This document shows positions 1 through 10,300 of a stretch of DNA of 64,000 bases, piece after piece. Position numbers and translations under genes: made by a program. The notes beneath the pieces are model-generated. The model worked only from the letters and a program-made list of their open reading frames with translations, did not search any database and was not told the origin of the DNA. Origin of the DNA: Chiloscyllium plagiosum. Taxonomy: Eukaryota. Location of the stretch: the NCBI RefSeq assembly GCF_004010195.1, contig NC_057751.1:232979-296978 (forward strand). The letters are read 5' to 3'. Within the stretch, counting starts at the first letter, position 1; every line of letters begins with the position of its first letter.

Positions 1-960
1 GTGGTGTTCCACAAGGCTCAGTGCTGGGACCACAACTTTTCACTATATATATTAATGAACTAGGTAAAGGAACTGAAGTCATTCTGGCTAGGTTTGCAGA
101 CAATAGAAAGATAGGTAGAGGGACATGTCTTATTGAGCAGGTGGGGAGACTGCAAAAGGATTTGGACAGGTCAGGAGTCAAGGCAAAGAGGTGGGAGATG
201 GAGTACAACATGGGAAAGTGTGAGGTCATGCACTTTGGTAGGAAGGATACAAGCACGACTACTTTCTAAATGGGGAGAAATTTCAGCAGTCTGAAGTGCA
301 AAAAGACTTGGGACTTCTAGCCCAGTATTCTCTCAAGGTAAACTTGCAGGTTGAGTCTATAGTTAGGAAGGCAAATGCAACAATGGTATTTATTTTGAGA
401 GGAATTGAGCTCTGTAAGGATATGGTCAGATCACATTTGGAGTATTGTGCACAGTTTTGGGCCCCATATTTCAGAAGGATGTACTGGCCCTGGAGCCTAT
501 TCAGAGGAGGTTCACGAGAATGGTCCCAGAAATGAAAGCTTAACAGATAAGGAACGTTTGCGGACTCTGGGTCTATACTTGGAGTTTAGAACGATCAGGT
601 GGGGTGGGTGTCAGAGAACACCGAGTGGCCTGGACAAAGTGGATGTTGGTAACATGTTTCCAATGGTCAGAGAGACTAGGAGCCGAGGGCAGAGCCTCAG
701 AGTGAAGGGAAGACGTATTAGAATGGAGATAAGGAGTAATGTCTTCAGCCAGATATTGGTGCATCTACGGAATTCATTGCCACAAAAGGCTGTGCAGGCC
801 AGGTCATTGAGTGTATTTAAGACTGAGATAGATTGATACTTGAGTATCAAGGGATCAAGAGTACTGGGAGAATGGGGTTGAGAAACTTACCAGAAATTAT
901 TGAATGGGGCAGAATAGACTAGATAGGTTGAATGGCCTAATTTCTGCTCTTATGTCTTAT
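1..960 (+). mobile_element. CR1 LINE, decayed 3' part of ORF2 (RT C-terminus) and 3' UTR
   Basis: Frameshifted CR1 motifs LGPQLFTIYINEL, FADNRK (FADDTK), KCEVMHFG, RSHLEYCAQFWAP; tcttat-type 3' tail at ~945-966. Confidence 0.9.
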
Positions 961-1307
961 GCTCTTACCTGATGCTGGCAAATCAACAGACACTCCAAGA
1001 GCGACAAGCCCAAGCTGCACAACAGTTCCTCCCAAGCCAACCCCTTCACTCCACGAGTTGTGCTTAGGAACTTTCTCGGAAAGTTCCATTACAAATACTT
1101 ACCTCCTGAAGTGAGGAGAACAAGACAGTACTCCAGGTGTGAAGTCACCAATAGCCTTGCTACAACTGTACAATACCCGTACTGTTGAGGCAAGAAAACC
1201 CTTCTTTAGTACTAACTGTTTGCAATAAAAGCCAACATTCATTTCAATAGTTCTCTACTTTTCTATTCTCCCTGAACAATGTGCACAAGATTACATTCCC
1301 CAACATT

Positions 1308-1520
1308 ATACATGTCTTTCTGCTATAACGTGTTTTGTCAAGGCAAATTCGCTGTAACACGATTGATGAATTGGGAATGTTAAAACCCAAATTTTAAAAC
1401 TTGTGTTGGTCGTAACATAATTACATTGCCGACACTGTAAGCGCTGTTTCTAAAATGTGATTTTTCTCTTACACGGGGTCACACAAAAATGCATCCATCA
1501 ACTGTATAAAAACTACTGTG
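1308..1520. mobile_element. Possible decayed Tc1/mariner (Tigger-like) MITE
   Basis: Left end ttctgctataacg resembles Tigger-derived MITE termini; right end is degenerate. Confidence 0.35.
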
Positions 1521-2329
1521 GTCCATCTATCAAATTCTTGCCCACTCATTTACCTTAAGTAATTTGCTCTGCAAATTCCGTGCCCACTCAAATTTTGCTC
1601 CCTACTCTTTCTCATCCTCAAATTTGTCTGATATACAGTCAATCCATTCATTCAAGTAGCAAACACAGTTTGCAAATTGCAGTGGCCCCAGCATGAACTC
1701 CAACAACAGTTCACTTGTCACAGTTTGATCCATTTATCTGGATTCTGTTTGCTGTTCTTTCACCAATCCAATATCCATGTTCCTATATCGAGCACCATTG
1801 GGAAATCTGAATCAAGACTTCTACTGGGTCTCAGTCACCCCTCCACTGCTTATGTCCCCCCACAGAACCCTCTCATAAAACCACAGTGACACGGCCAGAT
1901 TATACAGTGAGTGTTCCATACATTGTACCACTACCTCCTTCCTAAAAGACCCTGGCATTTTCAAATGATAAAGGCTCCGATTTCCACTTCATTCCTTCCA
2001 CAAACACAGGTGTTGCATTTGGGGGTTTCCAATCCACTGGAACCTTACCAGAATCTAGGAATTTTAAGATGATTACAGCCAATGCACTGATTTCCTTTCA
2101 GACCCTCACATGGGCCTCACAAACGTTTGGACTTGTCAGCCTTCAGTGGCAATTCTGCTCCTAATGCTCATTCTCTATTGTTCACAATTATTTTAAAGTC
2201 TTCCCTGTTTCTACCTCTTGACAATTCTCCGGCATCTTATTGGGTCTATGACTGTCAAAATTTCAGTAATTTCCTTCGTTCCAATCATTAATCCCCCAGA
2301 AATTAAAACAAATCTCAGGATTTATTTTA

Positions 2330-2890
2330 ATTGCTCCTACGTTCTTGGAAATTTCTAACTAACCATTTTTATATCATTTGTTTTGTCTTATTTGCTTGCA
2401 TTTTTTTGTCATTCTTTAGTAGTTTCTGCAATTTGCCCAATTTTTTGACTTTTTCTTGACACAACATATTTTTCAATTTGATGTCACCCAAAACCTCAAT
2501 TAGTTATCCTTTTCACACACCTTTCTTTTTGTTTGGGCTGCATCTTTGCTCAGAGTTCCAAAACAGCCCCCGAAATATCTGCCACTGCCTCTCTACCAAT
2601 TTACCTTTTAACCTATTGTCTCGTTCCTCTTCAGACTCTTTCTTCAAAACTGTCTGAATACCTTTATTAACATGTAATATTGCACTTTCCCACCCACACA
2701 ATCCTCATTCTCAAACTGGATGCGAAACTATGTTATGATCACTCTTGCCCAGAGAATCCTTTACCAAGAAATCATCAATTCACCCTCCCCCATAAGGTAT
2801 TTGCTGAGAAACTGTTCTAAATGCATTCGACGAACTCATATACCCCCGTTACCAATTTGATGAGTCTAATAGGTGAAGATTACGACTTTC
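2330..2890 (-). mobile_element. Decayed CR1 LINE fragment (endonuclease/linker region)
   Basis: Minus-strand remnants including SDHN-like codons (ttatgatcact on +) and LKGKLVERQWQIFR. Confidence 0.6.
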
Positions 2891-3039
2891 CACGAATATT
2901 GCAATGATCTTGCAAAGCCCACACCTTACAAACCCTGACCTCTGCAACCATGTGTCTTTAGCTTTATTTACCCACGATCTTTCCAGACCCCCTTATCTTT
3001 ACTTCGCCCTTTGATTTGATTTGCTGGGGGAAGGAATGA

Positions 3040-3640
3040 CCATGAGCCCGCGCTTCCTTTGTTACTCTCACTGATCCCACATCGTGTTGTAGCTCCGCAG
3101 CCTGAAGGCCCAGGCCCAGGCCCAGGCCCTGAGAGAGAGAGAGAAGGGGGAGCACGAGCCAGGCCGACACCGAGCGACGGGAGCGAAACAGCGACGCCGT
3201 GGTCGGGAAGAGAGCCTGGGCCCGGCAAGCCTCTGACTCTCCTCCTCCTCCTCGACCGGCGGCGGCGCCCTGGGCTCGGGCGGGAAGCCGCAGGCGGGCC
3301 TCGGGCTCTAGGCCCCAATTCTCGCGCCCTTTTCCCCGGGGAGAGGGCCTGAGGCTTCTCTCCAACCCCCCGAATAAAACCGCCCGAGGCCTGCTCCCTG
3401 CCGCCCGTCCCCTCATCTCCCGCCTCCTCCGAGGGCCCGACGCCTGGAGGCGGCCTCTCACCTCCCGAAGCCGATCCGTCGTCGCCGCCGCCTGACGCGC
3501 TGCCCGCTGCCGCTGGAGGACTCCTCCAAGACCGAGGAGTGTGCCCTGCGCCAAGCAGAACGCCACGCCTCCTCCGTCCCGGAGCGTACCAGCACCACCT
3601 GCACCTCCCTCTGGTGGCGCCTAAAGCTACTGCAGGTGAC
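3040..3640 (-). promoter_or_regulatory. CpG-island promoter and non-coding first exon of the next minus-strand gene (CCAR2 expected by synteny)
   Basis: Sharp GC/CpG-rich island in a CpG-depleted background; minus-strand donor GAG|GTGAGA at 3462/3461; TGACG half-CRE at ~3494; human gene order is SORBS3-PDLIM2-C8orf58-CCAR2. Confidence 0.7.
3602..3635 (-). promoter_or_regulatory. CTCF site with upstream motif
   Basis: Minus strand CTGCAG-N12-CCACCAGAGGGAGG: core motif plus correctly spaced upstream TGCAG motif. Confidence 0.55.
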
Positions 3641-3853
3641 TCTGCAGAAACCACAAGAGGCCAAAAGCAAGAACTGTACATACTCGATGGTTTCATTTCT
3701 TCCTGCAGAGGCTTTGGGTGTCACTGCCAGGGCGAGCATTTGCTCAGTTGTTCACTATAACAACTTGCATAGAAATGATTCGGAGGTGCTGGTGGTGGAC
3801 AAAGTTAAAAATCACACAACACCAGGTTATAGTCCAACAGGTTTATGTGGAAG

Positions 3854-3888
3854 CACTAGCTTTCGGAGCGCTGCTCCTTCATCAGGTG
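3854..3888 (-). ncRNA. Minimal type-I hammerhead ribozyme motif (family A)
   Basis: cac-CUGAUGA-a-ggagc(agc)gcucc-GAAA-GC-UA-gug: stem I cac/gug, 5-bp stem II, palindromic AGCU stem III. Confidence 0.75.
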
Positions 3889-4089
3889 GTTGTGGAGAAT
3901 AACATCGTAAGACACAGAATTATAGCAAAAGTTTACAGTGTGATGTAAATGAAATTATATCTTGAAAAAGACCTGGATTGTTTGTTAAGTCTCTCATCTT
4001 TTAGAATGATTGTGCTGGTTTCAGTTCTTTCATTTGTAAATCCCAGAATTCTGTCACTTTTGAGAATGTAAAGAAGTTTACTCCACCAC

Positions 4090-4124
4090 CACCTGATGAA
4101 GGAGCAGCGCTCGGAAAGCTAGTG
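4090..4124 (+). ncRNA. Hammerhead motif (family A), stem II closing pair mutated
   Basis: cacCTGATGAaggagcagcgctcgGAAAgctagtg. Confidence 0.6.
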
Positions 4125-5119
4125 CTTCCACATAAACCTGTTGGACTATAACCTGGTATTGTGTGATTTTTAACTTTGGATAGAAATGGTTTGCAGGATA
4201 TGGGAAAAGCCAAGAAATTGGCACTAGGTGATAGAACCAGAGTAGGCTGAATGGCCTCTTCTGTACCAGAACAATTCTATTCTTCTGTTTCACCCATCCC
4301 TGCTTGGCCCTTGAACTGAGTTACCTGAGGCCACTTCAGAAGAAAAGACCCCAGCCCCATCTCATTGGATCTGTGGGTCTCAGGTACCAGTTGATAGTAG
4401 ACCTGAATATTGAGTGATTCACTTCATCATTCTAACACCCCCCCATCAGCCCCACTATTCCACAAGCCTGTCCCAAATGTGGGAATCAATGTTTTCTCAT
4501 CAACCTGTTTAGAGATGTTATGACACACCCTCTGAAGTAGGTGGGATTGAACCTGTGCCCCCGGCACACTACCACTATAGCAGCAAGCACCCCTTAAATA
4601 TATGAAAACCCAAGTAACCCACATATATGAGCAATCTACCTGAATGACTGCCATGTAGGGAAAAAAAATTCACATCAGGTTTTACCTTTCACAGAAAATA
4701 ACTATTTATTGTGAACCATGATGTGGAGGAGCTGGTGTTGAATTGGGGTGGACACACACAACTTTAATAAAAAAGAGAGATAAGGATTACTAATCTACAA
4801 CAATGTGATTTCAATCATATTCTACAAAAGTCCTAAATATACAAACATACATAAACAGACATTTATGATGACAACAGACAAATCACAGACAGTTTGACAC
4901 AGCTGTTATGGGTAAAAAAAATACAAAGGGGGGATGAAAGTCTGAAGATGAAAAGTCCAGATCACAAGTGTGGGTTAAATTGTCTCTCACTTCAGCAATG
5001 TTGTCTGTGAAATTGTGGCTGTTCTTCACTTCCATAGTTGATCGGTGGACCTTGGTCTTATTTGGTTGGAAGCCCTCTTTTAAATTTCTTGGTTTTTCTG
5101 TCTATTTTTTCCATATGGA

Positions 5120-5860
5120 GAGATAGAGATGGAAGAGATATCACTTTCCAGGGCAAGAGCATTCCAAACACTCACTACTCTTTGAGAGGTTTTAATGAAG
5201 TATCCCCTTATTCTGTCAGTGGGTCCCCAGAGCCCCAATGGTGGAAACAGCCGCTCAGAATTGTTTCTGTTTCAGGAAGATCACCTCTCATTTTTATGAT
5301 CTTTGATGACTAAAGGTCTAACTTGTTTAGCCATTCTCTACAAGTCAACTTCTGCACACCAGGAGTCAACCTAGTTCTTTCACCTCCAATGCTAGGACAT
5401 CCTGTCTGAAATACAAGGACTAAAATTATACGTGCTACTCCAGGTGTGGCCTCACCATCTCCCCAGACAGTCGTATCAAAACTTTTCTGTTTTTAAACTC
5501 CAATCCCAGAGCAATAAAAGTCAACATACTATTTGTCTTCCATATTACTTTCTGTAGCTGCCTAACATTTTGTGTTCTGTGCACAAAAACACCAGGTCGC
5601 TCTGCACTGCACTTTTTGGAGTTTCGCTCCATTTAAATAATATCATCCGTGTGATTCTTCCCATCAAAATGCATGACTTCACTGTTTCCTATATTAAACT
5701 CCATTTGCCGAGTTTTTGCCCTTTCACAACCTTTGTAAGTTCCCTTGTAGATTTCTCATGTCCTCATCACAATATTCCCTGCCACCTATTTTTGTATCAT
5801 CAGTACATGTGGATACATTACACTCTGCCTGTCCTTCAAGTCAGTAACACAGATAGTGAC
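5120..5860 (-). mobile_element. Decayed CR1 LINE 3' fragment
   Basis: Minus-strand ADDTK-like codons (ttttgtatcatcag on +), WQMEFN, MVRPHLE motifs. Confidence 0.8.
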
Positions 5861-6910
5861 GAAGGGAGACCAGAGGACTCAGACAACACTTAGGAGGAGG
5901 AGGAACTGTTCATGGTATTCGTTTACTGAACCTCGGGGTCTCTGTCGAGTGAATGCAGCTTTGGAACTGAAACGGAGATTGCGGAGGGCCATACTCGCAA
6001 CATTCATCAATTTCAAAAGGGGAGGGTTAAATATCCACTGATAAAGCGCCCTGGAGCTGCACTCAGCAGGCAGCAATGTGTTCCCCACAATAGGTACAGC
6101 TCTGAAATCTTGCCACAGGACGGTGCCAGTGAGAGACCTGTGATATTGAATGGGACAAGGGTCAGGAAAGTCAATTATTTTATCAAAGGAGCCAATACAG
6201 ACACAATGGCTAAAAGACCTCCTTTTGTGCTGGCTCATTTTATCAGAACCTACAGCGTCATCCACTACACACTCTCTTCCTTGTTCCTCTCGACCTGTCT
6301 GCAGCTTTCGGGATATGGGTTCAAATTTCACCAAGGCAGCTCTTGGAACTTCACTTAAGATCAAAACTGTTAGCAAAGTCTCAACTCGGTCACTATGGAA
6401 CTCTCCAATCGACTGTCGTAAAAACTCCTGAGTAAGGCCAAACATGGTTCATTAGTTTGCGGCTGACACCAAAATTGGTGGTATAGTGAACATTGAAGGA
6501 GGCTATTGAAGATCAATTGGGGAACTAGCAGTGAGATGGACTTCTGCTGCTGGAGAACGACAAGAGGAGCTGCTGTCTCTGTGCCTTTGATTCCCACAAC
6601 TGGGACTGTTCAAACCTGCATTACCTACACACTACTGCCAATTAATAGTGGATTTTGCCACTTTTTCTGACGTCTGTTCACAGTGCTCTCCTGGAGCTTC
6701 TTTCCTTTTCTGCAAATTATTATCAGCTTCAGTTCCCTCACTGAAGTGAAACACAAATCTCCTGAAGAGAATTCTTTCTGTTGTTCCAGCAGCTTCTGTC
6801 TATGGGACTGAACCCAGGCCCAGCACCACTCTGAGAGCTTGGGCAATGACCTGTGTGTCAAGCAATGGGAACTCTCTGGAGCTATGCTGTCAGCTTCCTT
6901 CATATCTTAC

Positions 6911-7026
6911 CGGTGGTTCTGATGAGTAGAGCCTTTAAACCTGGTCACAAAAGTCCTCCTTGTCCTGGACGTATCTGTCAGACGATGCAGGATTTCCCTC
7001 ATCCGACCCCAGCCAGCCTGGGGAGC
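6911..7026 (-). CDS. C8orf58: C8orf58-like exon (APQAGWGRMREILHRLTD...)
   Basis: tttgtttgtatcAG acceptor, CG|GTAAGA donor, phase 0->2; conserved W-x-R/K-V-x-x-L-L-x-R block. Confidence 0.8.
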
Positions 7027-7275
7027 CTGATACAAACAAATGAACATTGAGAGAACAATAAGTACCCTCAATACAACTCAAAGTGGGTGAGTGCTCCTTG
7101 TAATGATTGGAACAAGGTCAGTCAGGCAGACCTCATAGAATCTGAGCTCCCCAATTGTTAATCTGGTCCAATAAGAAGCCTTGGCTGGCAGAATCAATAA
7201 TGTCTCAATGTGCAGATTGGAGGGAGGGGGGAGAGAGGGGGAGAGAGAGATAGAGAGACAGACAGGCAGAGAGAC

Positions 7276-7307
<32 letters not shown>

Positions 7308-10300
7308 CGAGAGGTTTTACGTCCACGTCCATGGATTATTTGAATGTATTTGAGATCTGTGATTCATGGCTTTGTCATACACAGACAGGAAAGATCAGGC
7401 AATGATGTGAGAGAATGGCAAAGCAGGTAGGAAGGGCAAAGTGGCCCAATGCTGCTCCTTTATGGCAAACAGGGTGGACTGGGCAAACAGGAGGTAGATG
7501 CAGTTCAGTACAGGTGTGAAATCCATGCCTCTTGGGTAACGGACAGTTAAAAGGATAGCATTGGAAATGGGGAAATAGGAACAAAGAATAGAGAGTACAA
7601 GAGAGGGACAGGAATATAGAATCTTCAACTCTGGCATTAGGAAAGACTAACATAATTCTGCTGTCCAGACATGAGGACTGGATAGAAAATGATGCAATTC
7701 CTGCACGAGTCTTGGCAGCAGCATCAGCAGTAGTATTGTGCACTTCAGGCCACTCTGTTATTGGAGGAATATTCCAGAATTAGCAAAGGTGGGATTTTAG
7801 CATTGGATCGACAGGAAGGGGATGAACATCAGCGGTGATACTGGGGAAATCCAGAATTGTAGAACCTGAGTGAGAGAGTTCATACAGGAGTTGAACACTC
7901 AAAAGGATTTTGTAAGGGGACAGGGAAGAAAAAAAGAGGTCCCAGAGAAGGGAAGGTCAGTGCCAAGGAGCAAATAATTGAGGAGAATTATTGGAGGAAT
8001 GGTTTCACACAGGTCAATATTCAGTTAGAAAAGGGGTAATGACTAGTGGATTATGAAAATGGAGCATCTATTAAACTGGACATAAAAACCTGAGAAGCCA
8101 GTTTGTAAAATAGTCCACAAAAGGGCTGAGAAGAGATAGCAGCAGAGGTACAATGGGCAGAATGGTCACAATGTCTGTGAAAACCCGGCAGGCAGCAGGG
8201 GAGTTAAGGTGAATTATGGAGACGTTACCTTAGTATCTTGTCCAATGTTGTGTGTCTGTGATCCTTGATGAACATCACTGGTCAGATCTTCCTTACTCTC
8301 GGACTGACAGGAATCACATTCATCGAGAGGGAACACACTGCTCCCTGTGAGGCAAACATAATGACAGCAGAGAGTGACCTGACAGACAACACCGTCCGGC
8401 CTTTAGTTACACTCCGATAGTGTAACATTCCCTCAGTACTGACCCTGTTACAGTGTGGTGGTTTCTCTCTATTCCATTGGTACTGTGTGGAGTGTAAGGA
8501 GGCTGTGTGCAAGGTTGAAGGTGAGGTTGTGGGCACGTCACATTGAGATAAGACCAATAGCTTTGAATTTTCTGTAATGCTTATCGGGAATTTAATGGCT
8601 TCCTCTCCCTTCACCCCACCCCACCCCACTCCCTCCACCCATCTCGTCTCGTACGTCCTCAGACTCGTCTGTCCTCAGGCACAACCTTCCGCCCAACATG
8701 GCTGCCCAGTCTCCGATCCCTATGACTAGGAGTGTACTAGGAGGAAGATCAGCATAGTGGGACAATGACACATTCACCTCTCACCATTGCCTGGCCACAG
8801 CGTGCCTGAGTCTGATGCCCACCTCTTCTGTAAGGAGGAATGTTGCTGGTGCCTGGGATGTTGCAATGAGTCAGGGAGTTGGCATTGGACAGGGCTTGTG
8901 AAACTGTGGGTGAGCAGTTGAGTGTCCTCTTGCCCAGGTTGTCCTGCCCATTGTAGGAAAACTGCCGCTGAGCCACAGCTGCAGTACTGTTGAAGGAGCT
9001 CCTAGATGGAAGAGAAAACATCACAAACTGCATTGAATGCACACACACCAAGCTCAGCAAAGAACTGAACTCTCCCTCTCACCTGAGGACTCCTGTATGT
9101 CTTACCAGTTGTTTCTCTTTCTGCCTCAGCTTCTCTTCCATCTGCAGTTTGTCTTGTTTCAGCAGTGAGTTCCTTTCCTGAAGATCAGCGATTTTGTCCA
9201 ACAGACGACAAACTTGCTCCAGATACTTGTGGCTGGGAACCCTTAAGGCAGATCCTTCCCTTCTGGCCTGAGAGAGAGAGAAAGAAAGAAAGAGACAGAG
9301 AGCAAAGATTGAGAGTGTGAGAGGGAGAGGGGACAAGTACAGGCAGACAGACAAGTACTGGCCTTTCTGGAGCCGGCTCCAACTAGGAGAGACTAACATG
9401 TGAGACCCTGAGGTGACCTATCTCTGAATCCAGCAACTAAACTTGCATTCCCAGATACACACCCAGAAAACAACAGTCTGACGATTGTGGCTCAGACAGC
9501 CCCACACAGGAAAGCTAACACCTTCAATACGTTATCTGGGCCGACATGACACTAATTGTTAAAGTTCACTTGAGAATGTAACTTTAAAAACAGTTTTGCA
9601 ATTTACAAAAGAAAGAACTGAAACCAACATGGTCATTCTCAAAGATGAGAGACTTAACAAACAATCCAGGTCTTTTTCAAGATATAATTTCATTTACATC
9701 ACACTGTAAACTTTTGCTATAAATTCTGTGTCTTACAATGTTATTCTCCACAACCACCTGATGAAGGAGCAGCGCTCCGAAAGCTAGTGCTTCCACATAA
9801 ACCTGTTGGACTATAACCTGGTGTTGTGTGTTTTTTAACTTAATACTGAATGGACTCACAAACTCCTAACATTCGCTTGCACCTGTGTTTTTGTTTTTGC
9901 CGCTGTCTACCTATTTTTATATTATTAGATTATTTACTATCTATGCTACTTTACTATGTGGTCTGCCTGTATTGCTCGCAAAACAAAGCTTTTCACTGTA
10001 CCTCGGTACACGTGACAATAAATTCAATTCAACTCGATTCAACTCGATTGCTCTTCAATCAACACTGGTCCTATCTGAACGATACGTGAGACCAGAGCCA
10101 CGGCAATGACTGTTATCCTGCTGTCTGAAATGGCTGAGGGAGTCAGTGGGCTATAGTCAAAAAGGCAGCTCTGCAAAACCGAGTGATTGAGGGGAAGGAA
10201 ATGTTGGCGTGTTCACATCTCAAGAACAAATAAGAGACACACACACTCTCATACAACACTGATCTACCAAAACATTGGCTCCTGCAAACATCATTGCATA

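Larger units (their letters stand above)
3778..4179. mobile_element. Non-autonomous Penelope-like (pLTR) element with inverted ends, family A
   Basis: ~100-bp inverted repeats (~3799-3892 vs ~4085-4177), 9-bp TSD atagaaatg (3769-3777/4180-4188), hammerhead motif in each arm. Confidence 0.75.

Noticed and set aside
969-1089. Open minus-strand segment MELSEKVP...ASG ending at an AG|GTAAGA donor, considered as the CCAR2 first coding exon
   Set aside because: No resemblance to the CCAR2 N-terminus, no clear acceptor, and the donor overlaps the CR1 tcttat tail
2964-3739. Several 90-240-aa ORFs on both strands
   Set aside because: Expected by-product of a GC-rich CpG island with few stops; Arg/Gly/Pro-rich with no recognisable domain
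5856-6041. RAILATFINFKRGG resembles retroviral integrase (NFKRKGG)
   Set aside because: Short match only, no DDE spacing, and the frame is interrupted by stops; likely coincidence
8655-8719. Alternative phase 1->0 exon candidate for the C8orf58-like gene
   Set aside because: Would need a 65-nt intron and weak splice sites; 8229-8344 fits better
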